Source: Mobula hypostoma (Eukaryota). Taken from it: 64,000 nt of DNA. Position numbers and translations under genes: made by a program. Position 1 is the stretch's first letter. Each line of letters starts with the position of its first letter. The DNA is taken from assembly GCF_963921235.1 (NCBI RefSeq), contig NC_086097.1:248746001-248810000 (forward strand). Reading direction: 5' to 3'. The notes under the pieces are model-generated. The model did no database searches and was not told the DNA's origin. It worked only from the letters and a program-made list of their open reading frames with translations. Positions 25,434 through 38,567 of the stretch are shown piece by piece.

Positions 25434-28400
25434 GCAAGTATCGGCCACAAAAGATGCACCCAGCAGGGAGAGAGCAGCTGACCGTGGCCCTGAGATTCAT
25501 TGGTCAAGTAGTGGACAAGCTACAGGCAATGGAAACTGTTCTGAGTGAAGTTACGGAGACAATGAGGCAGATAACCTCGTGCTGACAAGCCCAGTCTCAT
25601 TTGGAGGAACAGGTATCATCCCTAGCCGCAACGGTTGAACAGCTCACGGCAGACGATCGGAGTCAGGTACTGTATCTGCGATTTCCGCACCCACGGCCGC
25701 CGTCCGCGAACTTACTGTGAACAGCCAGCATCAGCTGACAGCCGTTAACGTTCTCGCCAGCGCAATTCAGCAGCCTCTGGCAGCCTCAGTCCCCACTCCC
25801 AGCATCTCGCAGGTCGTCATTGTCTGCTGCCCTGACAATCTCTGCTCCTAATGCTCCCGCATCCGGACCAGAGCCGACTCCTGCCTTCGGACCCCCACAG
25901 ACTCCCGCGTCCGTACAGAACCGAGAATTCCATGTCCAGGCAGATATTCTGGTGATCCCGATAGCTGCAGGAATTTTATTACCCAATGCAAGTTGACATT
26001 TCAAATCCAGCCTGATCGTTGTGGTGGTGATGCGCGAAAATTGGCATACATGGTCAATCTTCCAGACAGATCTCCACTCAGCCTTTACGGGAGCAAGGAT
26101 ACCCCACAGCCCAGTTGTTCTGGCATTTCGTGGTGGAGTTAAGGAAAGTTTTTGATCTTCCAGTACGGGGTCATGAAGCTGCCCACCGACTCCTGGACCT
26201 GCTCCAGGGCAGAGTAACGGTAAGAGACTATGCAGTCAAATTCTGCACGCTTGCGATGGAGACGGGTTGGAATGAGAGATCTCTCATCACTGCCTTCCAG
26301 GGATCTGGCATGAGATCGGTGTCCGGGACGAGCAGGATAGTCTGGCTGACCTGATTAATCTGGCTATTCGAGTTGACGACCGAGTAACTGAGTGACGCAG
26401 GGAAGGAATGCCTCTAGCTTCCTGATCACCATCGTTCCTCTCCCGCTCCCTCCCTCACCACCCAGCACCCAGTCCACCGAGGAGCCTATGGAAGTAGAAC
26501 GCTTGCGCCCGTCTTAGGAGGAACGAGTATAGCCCAGGAGAACAGGTTCCTGCCTCTATTGTGATGATCCGGGACAATTCCGGGTGGCATGTCCCCAGCG
26601 TCCAGTAAAAGAGAATACCCGTCAGCAGGGAGGGGAATCCTGTCGGGTCGGTCCTCTCTGCAGTCAGCTTCCCCTAACTGTGTAATGCTCACAGCTTCCT
26701 TGTCATGGAGTCTCAGACCCATCAACTTGAGGAGTTTATCGACTCCGGAGCAGCTGAGAATCTCATGGACCTCTTTACAGCTCAAAGATGGGGAATTCCG
26801 ACTCGGAAATTAAGAGAAGATCAACTTTAAGGTGCTGGACGGACGACCACTGGGCACCAGCCAGATCTACCTTTCCACTCAACCCCTCCAACTTGTGCTC
26901 GAAGGCAAGCATCATGAAGAAACACCTTTCTATTTGGTTGATTCACCTGAACTGGTACTTGGTCTACCCTGATTATCCCAATATAACCCACGGATCAACT
27001 GGTCTTTGAAGGTTCTCCAAGAGTGGGGACCGGCATGCCTGTCTACCTGTCTGGGTCCGGCTCAAGCTCCATTCCGTGAATCCCCTCCTGGGTCAGCTAA
27101 GGATGTGGATCTGTCTGGGATTCCGGCTGAATATGCGGATCTCCTTGAGAACTTCAGTAGAAGGAAAACCACCACCCTGCCCCCACACTGGCCCCCACAT
27201 TAGTTCTGCCAGGTCTTTTCCCCCTCTCGTTCTGAAATGGTGGCCATAGAGGAATACATCAAGGAGGCACCGGGCATGGGGTTTGTCTGTCAACTTCGCC
27301 GGCAAGAGCAGGCTTTTTTTTTTGTGATCAAGAAAGTTGCCAAGCTCTGTCCCTGTATCGATTATCGGCCTCTTCACTGTGAAAAACCGTTACACTCTTC
27401 CTCTGCCGCTGTCTGCATTTGAATATCTCCAGGGAGCAACCATGTTTTCCAAAACCGATCTGCGCAATGCTTACAGTCTGGTTCGCATGAGAGAAGGGGA
27501 TGAGTGGAAAACAGCTTTCAACACCTCAACGGCCACTAACTACCTGGGGTCTTTTGGTCTGGCCAACGCCACCGTATTCCAGGCCTTGGTTAACATGTTG
27601 AACCTGTCTGTGTATTTAGATTACATCCTTGTCTATTCCCGCTCTCATGAGGAACACGTCCAGCATGTATGGAGAGTTTTCAGAAGGCTTCTTGAAAATA
27701 ACCTTTACACCAAGCCCGAAAAAAAACGAGTTCCATAAAGACCAGGTGTCGTTTTGGGGCTACGCACTTGCCCGTCCGGTGTTCAAATGGCCCCTAGTAA
27801 AGTTCAGGTGGTTAGAATGGCCCAAACCATCAACTGTCAAACAGGTATGGCGCTTCGTGGGGTTTGAGAACTTCTATTGCTGCTTCATACGAAAATTCGG
27901 CTCTAGCGCGGTTTCTATAAATGCACTCTCCAGGAAGACCTCGGCAGGATTCCATTGGACCAAGTATTTTCCAAGCCAAAGCGACGTTTCACCACTGCTG
28001 CAACACCCAGACCCATCACGGCCATTCATTGCCGGGGTGGGTGCACCCGATGTAGGCATTGGAACTGTCCTCTCTCGGCGCTCGCCTGCGGAGAGCCGGC
28101 CGCACCCCTGTGCCTTTGTTTCCTGTCGCTACACTCCGGCCGAGAGGAATTACGACGTTGGGAACAGGTAACTTCTGGCTGTCGAGGAGTACCTGCAGGA
28201 ATGACGACACTGGCTAGAGGGGGCAGAGTATCCTTTCTTGGTCTGGGCAAGTCACAAGAACCTCTCCTACACTCAGAATGCAAAGGGACTGAACTGTAGT
28301 CAAGCCCGGTGGGGGGCTCTTTTCTTCACACGGTTCAATTTCATCTTCGTCTTTCGTCCCGGCAGCAAGAGTACAAAGGTCGACGCTCTGTCCCGGCAGT

Positions 28401-29783
28401 TTGACGGATCTGCAGACAGCACCAATCCAGAGCTCATTCCTACTCGCTGGTGAATCGCTGCCCTGGTGATCTGGGGAATAGAGGCAGAGGTGAGGGCAGA
28501 CCTACAGTCGGACCCAGGCCTGGGCGGGGGACTTCCCAACCGGCTGTTTGTCCCTGCTGGGGTGCGATCCGTAGTGTTGGAATGGGGTCACTCCTCCCGT
28601 CCAGCTGGCCATCGGGAATTTAGCGGATCCAGAAGTTTATAAAGCGACAATTCTGGTGACTATCAATGTCCACGACTTTGTATCTACCTGTCCCACTTGG
28701 GCTCTGAACAAAACATCACGCCAGCGTCCTGCGGGTTTGCTATGTCCACTGCCCGTGCCCCATTGCGTCTGGTCCCACATTCTCAATCGATTTCATCACT
28801 GGGCTACCCACGACTAATGGAAACACGGCCATTTTGGTCATTGTGGATCGATTTTCTAAGGCTGCCCACTTCAATGCTCTCCACAAGCTCCCATCTGCCA
28901 CAGTCATGGTTCCATGGCTTTCCTCAAGACAGTGTCAGATCGTGGACCACAGTTCACTTCCCGCTTTTGGAAGGCTTTCTGCTCCCTTGTAGGAGCCACG
29001 GCCAGCCTCTCGTCTGGTTTTTGGTCCCAATCCAATGGCCAGACTGAAAGAGTGAACCAAGAGTTGGAGACAACTCTGTGCTGTCTTGCTTCTTCCAACC
29101 CCACGTCCTGGAGCTCACAACTGGCTTGGGCAGAGATTGCCCACGATAACCTCCAGTCGTCCTCCACCAGTAGGTCTTCCTTTGAATGCCTGAAGGGATT
29201 CCAGCCTCCGCTCTTCATTGATCAGGAGATCGATGTAGGAGTTCCTACGCTGAACAGCTGATCCAGCACTACAAGTGCACCTGGAGACGAGCCAGGGCTT
29301 CTCTGCTGCGCGCCCAGAAACAGCATTCCTGGCTCCGCCGACAGGTAAGGTCATTCAAGCCAGGACAGGAGGTCTGGTTGGCATCAAGGGATCTTCCCCT
29401 GAAAGTCAAGAGCCGCAAATTGGCATCACCCTACGTGGCACCATTTGTAGTGGAAAAAGCTGTCAATGAGATGTTGTATAGATTGCGTCTACCAACATTA
29501 CTGAAGATCCACCCAGTATTCCATGTTTCCCAGCTCAAACCGATTACTACCTCTCCTCACTTCACCTCCGCACTTGGTAGATACTTCCCTGATCTATGCG
29601 GTGCCTCCCGACATCTCACCAGGTACGTGATAAGGTCCAGTACCTTGTGGACAGGGAAGGGTATGGTCCAGAAGAACATTCTTGGATCCCAGCAAAGAAC
29701 GTCTTGGACAAGTCGCTAATCCAGGACTTCCACTGGACGTAGGTCTGTGGCACCTCAGGGGCTACACTTAGGGAGGGGAGTCC

Positions 29784-30186
29784 TATACCAACCACGGATT
29801 CGGCAGCACAGCAGATCCAGCAATTGTGCTCGTGAATATGCATGAATCAGCTAATTATTATTTCAATGTGGTGGTCTAAGGCTCCATTATTTTCGTTGTA
29901 GTGTTCGTCAAGATTTGAGCAAAGCACTGCAATGTTTCGCTTCCTGCTTGCATTCGGTCTTGCCTGAGAAATTAGACTGCCAAGTCAACTGACTCTGAAG
30001 ACCAGTGGTATTCGTTTTAAATTTAGTTATTCCTTTCAGCCACAGTGTTGGATTTGTTTTCCATTTCAGAGTTTTAGTTAATGGCCCTGTTTATTGTTTC
30101 TTTTCCCTCTAAGTCTTTTTGCATTAAACTATCGACCCGCTTCAGTGTCTCTCTCCGCACTTGGGCTATATCCAAGCGTAGTGATG
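29784..30186 (+). repeat. 3' LTR of chromovirus
   Basis: Follows the PPT; aligns to the 5' LTR but has an extra ~110-bp segment. Confidence 0.8.
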
Positions 30187-30487
30187 GTGGCTCAGTGACT
30201 CGCATTCCAGGGGCTAACTGATCAGCCACATCACGATAGAGCACAGTACAGACAGCGCATCTCACCCTCGCCACAACGTCTGCTGCAGCTGATGAAACAA
30301 ATTAGCCGCTCACAAAGGCATTGCTGCTCTCCAACAAAACATAATGGTCGGAGACGAGGACAGAATCCTTCATCCAGCTAAGGACTCGTCATGGTGGGAT
30401 ACCTGTATGAACATTAAACCTTGCCAGTTGACTTGAATCCTGTCACACTGAGACAATAGGACCAAAAGACAGGAGCAGAGCTAGGCT

Positions 30488-30735
30488 TGCAAACACGAGG
30501 AAATCTGCAGATGCTGGAAATTCAAGCAACACACATCAAAGTTGCTGGTGAACGCAGCAGGCCAGGCAGCATCTCTAGGAAGAGGTACAGTCGACATTTC
30601 GGGCTGAGACCCTTCGTCAGGACTAACTGAAGGAAGAGTGAGTAAGAGATTTGAAAGTGGGAGAGGGAGGGGGAGATCCAAAATGATAGGAGAAGACAGG
30701 AGGGGGAGGGATGGAGCCAAGAGCTGGACAGCTGT
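30488..30735 (-). mobile_element. Penelope pLTR with hammerhead (30589-30624), inserted in a minus-strand CR1 tail (~30465-31030)
   Basis: Sense AGTCCTGACGAAGGGTCTCAGCCCGAAATGTCGACT; TAGGCT duplication at 30482-30487 and 30736-30741. Confidence 0.8.
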
Positions 30736-31224
30736 TAGGCTATCTGGTTCATGGAGACTGCCCTTCTATTCTTTCATGGCTGATTTATTATCCCTCTCAA
30801 CCCCATTCTCCTGCCATATCCACATGATCTTAGATGCCCTGACTAATCAACTACCTATCAACCTCTGCTTTAAATATACCCAATGACTTGACTTCCATAG
30901 CCGCCTGTGGCAATGAATTCCACAGATTCACCACCCTCTGGCTAAAGAAATTGCTCCTCATCTCTGCTCTAATTGGGCGTCTCTCTATTCTGAGGCTGTG
31001 CCCTCTGGTCTAAGGCTTGCCCTCCACATCTTATTGGGAGTTTGAGAAATTGATGTTCCTGCCAAGAGGTTGGAGGCTCCCCAGACGGAAATGAGATGTT
31101 GCTCCTTCAACTTAAGGTTGACTGACGCTGTTATCATGTATTGTCATTTCATTGATAGAAAAAAAACATGTACCAGCTGCTCAATTTACAAGGTCTAGCT
31201 ACAGGAGACCTAAGGAAGTTGTTA

Positions 31225-31535
31225 AATGCCGTGTCGTATGACATTAGTGATCATAGTCTTTCCATGTCCATAATGCTCTTAGCAAATTTTTCTGCAGAAG
31301 TGCTTTGCCATTGCCTTCTTCTGGGCAGTGTCTTTACTAAACGGGTGGCCCCAGCCATTATCATGCTCTTCAGTGGTCACATAACTAGGATTTGTGATAT
31401 ACACCAGCTGCTCCCATGGCTTCATGTGGCGGTGGAGGTGCTAAGCAGGTGCTACACCTTGCCCAAGGGTGACCTGCAGGCTAGCAGAGAGCAGCATCTT
31501 ACACCTCCTTTGGTAAAAACGTATCTCCACCATGC
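31225..31535 (-). mobile_element. RTE-related SINE-like element
   Basis: Same family as 57014-57340; contains the GAAGGCAATGGCAAA motif also seen in RTE-derived elements. Confidence 0.65.
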
Positions 31536-32096
31536 CACCCACCTGTGGAAATACCCAATGTAAACACTAACTTTTCCTGCCCTGACCCTCCTGTAGGTTT
31601 AAGATCTTTAATGGAATCAGAATCATAAGGCATAGAAACAGGCCCTTTGGCCCATCTAATCCATGCCAACATTGAGCCCATTTCCCCATTTGCCTGGGTT
31701 TGGCTCACATGTGCCTAAAACTTTCCTTTCCAAGTGCCTTTGAATGTTTGCATCAACCACTTCCTCTGGCAGCTTGTTGAACTGTTATTCTGGCTACTCC
31801 CATCGGCCTGCACCTGGGCTCAATACCTCTCCTATCCATGTACTAATCCAAACTTGCCTTAAATGTTGCAATTGAAACTGGATCCACCGTTCCACACTCA
31901 CATCACCCACTGAGTGGAGAAGTCTCCCTCGCTTTCCACCTTTAACCTATGGCCTCCCATGGCATACCATCCTTTCCATTCCCAATATCCTTCGCTCCCA
32001 TCAGATTTACAAACTTGCTCTCCACTCCACATTGACAATACAGTATTACTTAAATGTCTTGGGAACCCCAGTTATATATATGTACCTAAGACTTTA

Positions 32097-32411
32097 AAAT
32101 AAAAAAATAGGCATCCGTTAGTTTCATGAGACCATGGATTTGTGCCTTGGAAGGTTTCCAGGGCGCAGGCCTGGGCAAGGTTTTATGGAAGACTGGCAGT
32201 TGCCCATGCTGCAAGTCTCCCTCCTCCACGCCACCGATGTTGTCCAAGGGAAGGGCATTAGGACCCGTACAGCTTGGCACCAGTGTCGTCGCAGAGCAAT
32301 GTGTGGTTAAGTGCCTTGCTCAAGGACACAACACGCTGCCTCAGCTGAGGCTCGAACTAGTGACCTTCAGATCACTAGACTGACGCCTTAACCACTTGGC
32401 CACGTGCCAAC
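32097..32411 (-). mobile_element. tRNA-derived SINE
   Basis: Pol III A box TGGCCAAGTGG and B box GTTCGAGCC on the minus strand; 13-bp TSD ACCTAAGACTTTA at 32084-32096 and 32412-32424; matches 54465-54772. Confidence 0.85.
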
Positions 32412-33144
32412 ACCTAAGACTTTACATAAAGTGTTCAAGAAATAAATCTGAATCTTAATCCAACTGACACTTTATACCTTCCTAGCCGTCGACCTTTAGA
32501 TGCCAGACTAGTTTCATTTAGAACTAAACTTTTCTGAGACCTCATGCTAAGTTGGCACCAGTATATGTTGTGTGGGTTGCTAATTCAAACACATATTTCA
32601 CATGTTTCAATGTATATGTCATTAATAAATGAATAATTGAATCTAAGTGAAATGGATAAGCAAGGAAGGACTACCACAAGAAAGCAGCACCATCCGTCAT
32701 CAAAGATTCCCACTATCCAGGCTATGCTCTCTTCTCGCTGCTGTCTCCAGGCAGAAGATACTGGAGCTTCAAGTCTCACATCACCAGGTTCAGAAACAGT
32801 TATAACTCTTCAACCACTAGGTTCCTGCACTAGTGTGGGTAACTTCACTCACCTCAACTCTGAACTGATTCCACAACCTACAGACTCAGTTTCAAGGACT
32901 CTACAACTTACGGGGATCTTGGAGTGGTCCATCTATCCATCCATCCACTTGCAGTTTGTCTTTTGCACATTGCTTGCTTGTCCATCTTTGTGTATAGTCC
33001 TTCATTGATTCTATTGTGATACCCAGAGAAACTGTTTGAGAAATTGGTGGTAGCAGAACATTGCATTCACAATGGTCATAGGATTGATTTCAATGGCACA
33101 AAACTACTATGCCAGGCCAATGGCTTTTAGAACCACATGGTGAA

Positions 33145-34290
33145 ACATAGAAAACCTACAGCACAATACAGACCCTTCGGCCCACAAAGTTGTGCCGAAC
33201 ATGTCCCTACCTTAGAAATTACAAGGCTTACCTGTAGCCCTCTATTTTTCTAAGCTCCATGTACCTACCCAGGAATCTCTTAAAAGACCCTATCGTATCC
33301 GCCTCCACCACCGTTGCTGGCAGCCCATTCCACGCACTCACCACTCTCTGTGTAAAAAAACTTACCCCCGACATCTCCTCTGTACCTAGTCCCCAGCACC
33401 TTAAACCTGTATTCGTGGAGAAGATGGCGGCGTGACGGCAGCGCGCGACCTCTCCGGTGATGAATATCTGTTATCTGTCAAGTAGGGGACCGTGCTAAAT
33501 TCTGGTTTGATGGAGACAGACGTGAGAGCATAGCGGAACATCTGGAAAACTTCTGAAATGCCCGCTTTGCTGCCGCTGCTACTGTGTGGTAACCAGAATC
33601 TCTGGAGCTGTAGGCCTCAAAATCCTCGGTTTTGCGTGTTTCAGCGGCCGGGGAGAGGTCGATGGCGCTCGGCAGAGGATGGCGCTCGGGAGGCTGTATC
33701 GGAGAGGCTGCTCGGAAGCTCGGAGTTTTCGGACGGATGGACTCAGGGTCGGCTGGGGTCGGCCGCTTCCAAGGCATCGGCAAGTTGACGGTGCCTGGAG
33801 GTTTATGGCAGGGAGTTCCTCCCTTTTGCCGCCTGCTATCGGGGACTCGGGAGTTGATCGACTTGGGGACTTTGAGACTATTTTTTTTACCGTGCCTATG
33901 GACCGTTCTTCATCAAATTATGGTATTGCTTGCACTGCTGTAACTATATCGTACAATTATGTGGTTCTGTCAGTGTTAGTCTTTGGTCTGTCTTGTTTTC
34001 TGTGATATCATGCCGGAGAAACATTGTATCATTTCTTAATGCATGTATGCATTTCTAAATGACAAAAAAGAGGACTGAGTGTTCTCATAATCTAAACCTG
34101 TGTCCTCTTGTGGCAACCATTTCAGCCCTGGGAAAAAGCCTTTGACTATCCACACGATCAATGCCTCCCATCATCTTATACACCTCTATCAGGTCACCTC
34201 TCATCCTCTCGCTCCAAGGAGAAAAGGCCGAGTTCGCTCAACCTGTTTTCATAAGGCATGCTCCCCAATCCAGGCAACATCCTTGTAAAA
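33145..34290 (-). mobile_element. CR1 3' fragment interrupted by a retroposon
   Basis: Minus-strand CR1 tail and C-terminus continuous across the 33411-34092 insert. Confidence 0.75.
33411..34092 (+). mobile_element. YY1-head non-coding retroposon, copy 4
   Basis: GGAGAAGATGGCGGCG head; 9-bp TSD TAAACCTGT at 33402-33410 and 34093-34101. Confidence 0.85.
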
Positions 34291-34294
34291 TATC

Positions 34295-34610
34295 CTTGTG
34301 AAGGAAGCCATTGAAATAAAACTAGAGAAAAATAATTTTAACAAAGATAAAGTCTTACTCAAATTAAGAACTGAAATTTGACAGTAAACAAGGGGGGACA
34401 GCGGGAACCTGATGGATCACGACTAACCAATTAGGCAGGATGGACACCGGGGGTATATATATCACTGGACTAGACACGACCAGGCATTATCCCTGATGAA
34501 GATGGCAGAGTTGTCACTGAAACATCAGTTAAGATCTATACCCATACCTGGCTGGAAGCTCGAGAAAAGTTTATTCGTCATATACACCGGGAAAGCACTA
34601 GACACTTTTT
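34295..34610 (+). mobile_element. Second Penelope family (Poseidon-like) 3' end with hammerhead-like motif
   Basis: VKEAIEIKLEKNNFNKDK resembles the GIY-YIG C-terminus; CTGATGA at 34493-34499, TGGCA/TGTCA stem, GAAAC-ATC at 34519-34526. Confidence 0.65.
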
Positions 34611-35169
34611 CTATAAGTATACTTTGATAATAAATTTACTTTGAACTTTTGAAGGCCTGGAGTCTAGTTAAGTGCCAGAAGGAGATTTTGGTCATCACTG
34701 AATACAGCGAATTCAGATCTGGTTATGGCCGGCAATTGAGAGCTGGACAATCGCTGGTGCTAAAGCTTCTGGATTCCTCAGAGTGTTTGCATTTGAGTTT
34801 TCTGATTGTTTTAATTTAATCAACAACTAGTATTCTGAATGCTAATGAGTGCTTTAATTGATGAAGTTGCAGTTAGTGGAAGTATGTAGTTTGCAAACTT
34901 TCCACAGGAGTTAATGCTGTTGACCAGACAATTGAAACTGCTAATGACTTATCACATGGCAGATGTCTACTTGAGATGAGCAACAACGATTTCTTACAGA
35001 TGCCGGCTCTGCTTTATTTTATGATGCAGCTTTGGTAAATTAATAATGTTTTGTGAAGTGCTGTGGAAGAGTTAGTCACATTATTTAGAAGATATGTACA
35101 GAATGAATGGGAAGGTACCTTTCGACAAAATTCCGAGGTGACACAGACTGTGATTAAGGAAATCTTAGA

Positions 35170-35780
35170 GTCATGGAGTCAAAGAGAAGTACAGCACAGA
35201 AAAAGGCCCTTAAGCTCATTTAGTCCCTGGTGAGCTACTTAAACCTCCTATTCCCATTGACTTGCACCTAAACCACAGCCTTTTTTACTCCTGCTATCCA
35301 TGCAAACTTCTCTTAAACGTTGAAATCGAGCTTGTATGCACCACTTGTGCTGGAAGCTCATTCCACACTCTCCTAGTCCTCTGAGTGAAGAAGATTCCCC
35401 TCATGTTCCCCCTTTTCACCTTTCACCCTTAACCCAAGATCTCTGGTTGTAGTCCCTCCCAACCTCAGTGGAATAAGCCTGCTTCCATTTACCCTATCTC
35501 TAGCACTCATAATTTAGTGTACCTCTGTCAAATCTCCCCTCAATCTTCTACGTTCCAAGAAATAAAGTCCTAACTGATTCAATCTTTCCTTATAACTCAG
35601 GTCCTTCAGACCCGGCAACATCCTTGTAAATTTTCTCTGTACTCTTTCCAACTTTCCTGTAGGTAGGTGACCAAAACTGCACACAATACGCCAAATTAGG
35701 CCTCAGCAATGTCTGGTACAATTTCAATATAACATCCCATCTCATGTACTCAATACTTTGATTTATGAAGGGCAATGTGC
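35170..35780 (-). mobile_element. CR1 3' fragment
   Basis: LKLYQTLLRPNLAYCVQFWSP motif on the minus strand. Confidence 0.75.
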
Positions 35781-35869
35781 ACAGGAGGCTCAGGTGAGTA
35801 GCAGGTTAGGCTTTTGTAGTTGTTGAATAAAAAGTCACTAAATTACAGCTAATTAAATAAAGTAAGGAT

Positions 35870-38310
35870 GATGCAGGATCAGGTGATGTGCTGTAGCTGA
35901 ATAAGGTGGGAGCTGGTGGACCCCATTGTGGTTCCTGGTGACCACATCTGCAGCAAGTGTTGGTTGCTCGAGGAACTCGGGCTCAAAGCTGATGACCTGG
36001 AATCTGAGCTTCAAACACTGTGGCACATCAGGGAGGGGGAGAGTTACCTGGGTTCTCTGTTTCAGGAGGTAAGCACTCATTAGAGATACTGCCTCAAATT
36101 TGGTCTGTGGTCAGGGACAAGAGGGTGTGACAGTGAGTGAGGTGGGTAGTAAGATACAAGAGACAGTGCTGGAGGAGCCTCAGCCCTTGAGCTTGTCCAG
36201 CAGGTCTGAGATTCTTGCTCTCTGTGTGGATGAGAGTGGGGGCTGTAGGAAGTATGAGCAATCTAACTGTGGCACCGTAGTTCCAGGAGCCATTCAGGAG
36301 GGGGAGCGAAGAGAAATGTAGCAGTAATCAGGGTCAGTACAGTCAGGGGAATAGACAGAGTTCTCTGTGGTTAGGATAGAGCGTCCCAAAGGCTGTGTTG
36401 CCTGCCTGGTGCCTGGGTTCGGGACATCTTATCTGACCTGCAGAGGAATTTGCAATCGGAGGGGAAAGATCCCATTGTTGTGGTCCATGTGGGTATCAAC
36501 GATATAGGTAAAACAAGGAATGAGGTTCTGCTGAGGGAATTTGAGCAGCTAGGGACTAAATTAAAAAGCAGAACCAAAAGGGTGGTAATCTCCAGTCTAC
36601 TACCGGAGCCGCGTACAAATTGGCATAGGGTAAGAAGATTAGAGAGTTAAATGCTTGGTTCAGCCTGTCCCCAAGCTCAAGCCTCAAGACCCCAGCCTGT
36701 CCCCAAGCTCAAGCCTCAAGACCCCAGTCTCAAGCCTCAAGAGCCAAGACCCCAGGCACGTCCTGTCCTGTAGCCATGTCATGTCCTGGCCTGGTTCTGG
36801 GGTTTGAGGCCGAGGCAAGACCCAGGTCCTGGGTCCTTGTCCAGTCTCTGGCTCGGAGTCCCAGCCCAGGCTCCTAGTTCATAGTTCCTTGTCCGGGTTC
36901 CCTATGTCTAGTCCATGTCCTAGCCCAAGTCTGCGTTCTTGTCTCTGCTCCTTGACTGTATCCTGTCACATCCCTACTCTAGTCAAGTCCTGTTCCTAGT
37001 ACTTCGGTGTCTGTGTCTTGCATTTGGGTCCGTTCCCAATGCCCCCCATTGTGACAGAAGCTATCATTAAAGAAGAAATAGCAAGGCATCTGGAAAGAAA
37101 TGGATCCATCAGGCAGACACAGCATGGATTCAGCAAAGGCAGGTCCTGTTTGACAAACCTACTGGAGTTCTTTGAGGATATAATGAGCACAGCGAATAGA
37201 GGGGAACAGATAGACGTTATTTACTGGGATTTCCAGAAGGTGTTTGATAAGGTGCTGCATAAAAGACTTATCCATAAGATAAGAATGCGTAGAGTTGGGG
37301 GAGATGTGTTAGCAGGGATAGAGAATTGGCTAACTAATAGAAAACAGAGAGTGGGGATACAGTGGTGCCAATCAGTGATGAGCGATGTGCCACAGGGGTC
37401 GGTGCTGGGCTCGCAACTGTTCACAATATACATTAACGATCTGGAAGAGGGGACCAAGTGTAATGTATCTGAGTTTGCTGATGACACTAAATTGAGTGGA
37501 AAAGCAAATTGTGCAGAAGATACAGAGAAATATAGACAGATTAACTGAGTGGGCAAGGGTCTGGCAGATGCAGTACAATGTTGGTAAATGTGAGGTCATC
37601 CACTTTGGAAGGACAAATGGAAGAGCAGATTATTATTTAAATGGCTAAAGACTGCAGAATGCTGTTTTGCAGACGGAGTTGGGGGTGCTTGTGCATGAAT
37701 CACAAAAGATTAGTTTGCAGGTGCAACAGGCTATCAAGAGGGCAAATGGGATGTTGGCTTTCATTGCTAGAGGGATTGAGTTTAAGAGCAGGGAGGATAT
37801 GCTGCGACTGGAGTACTGTGTGCAGTTCTGGTCTCCTTACTTGAGGAAGGATATACTGGCTTTGGAGGCAGCGCAGAGGAGGTTCACCAGGTTCATTCCA
37901 GAGATGAGGGGGTTAGACCATGAGGAGAGATTGAGTTGCCTGGGACTGTACTCGCTGGAATTCAGAAGATTGAGAGGAGATCTTATAGAAGCATATAAAA
38001 TTATGCAAGGGATAGTTATGATAGAGGCAAGAAAGTTTCTTCCACTGGTTGGTGAGACTAGAACTAGGGGACTTTTCCCATAGAGTGGTGAATCTGTGGA
38101 ATTCTCTGCCCAATGAAGCAGTGGAGGCTACCTCTGTAAATATATTTAAGACAAGGTTGGATAGAATTTTGCACAGTAGGGGAATTATGGGGAAAAGGCT
38201 GGTAGGTGGAGATGAGTTCATGGCCAGATCAGCCATGATCTTACTGAATGGTGGAGCAGGCTCAACGGGCCAGATGGCTGACTCCTGCTCCTATTTCTTA
38301 TCTTCTTTTG
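35870..38310 (+). mobile_element. CR1 LINE (ORF1 and RT half of ORF2; endonuclease region replaced by an LTR fragment)
   Basis: Esterase VVVHVGINDIG; RT QHGFSKGRSCLTNLLEFF, VPQGSVLG, FADDTK; 3' tail. Confidence 0.85.
36661..37056 (+). mobile_element. Gypsy-type LTR 3' fragment with internal 32-bp tandem duplication
   Basis: Ends TGCATTTGGGTCC...TTGTGACA, like chromovirus LTR ends; CAGCCTGTCCCCAAGCTCAAGCCTCAAGACCC present twice. Confidence 0.55.
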
Positions 38311-38567
38311 TCTGTTTTTCACACAGAGAGTGGTGGGTGTGTGGAATGCACTGCTAGCAATGGTGGTGGAGATGGATACAACAGGGTCTTTTAAGGGTCT
38401 CTTAGATTAGTACGTGTGGCTCAGAAAAATAGAGGGCTATGCAGTAGGGAAATTCTAGACAGTTTCTAGAATAGGTTACATGGATGGCACAACATTGTGG
38501 GCCGAATGGCCTGTAATGTACTGTAAAAATGGCTTTGTTTTATATTCTACATTCTACATTTGAGTGT

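Larger units (their letters stand above)
24856..30186 (+). mobile_element. Gypsy chromovirus (Sushi-like) LTR retrotransposon, full-length but degenerate
   Basis: Paired LTRs; gag (GDP..CR.FITQCKL, VRDYAVKFCTLAMETGWNE); RT ([21 protein letters not shown]); RNase H (ERNYDVGNR); integrase (SDRGPQFTSRFW, QSNGQTERVNQ); chromodomain at 29638-29735; PPT AGGGAGGGGAG at 29770-29780. Confidence 0.9.
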
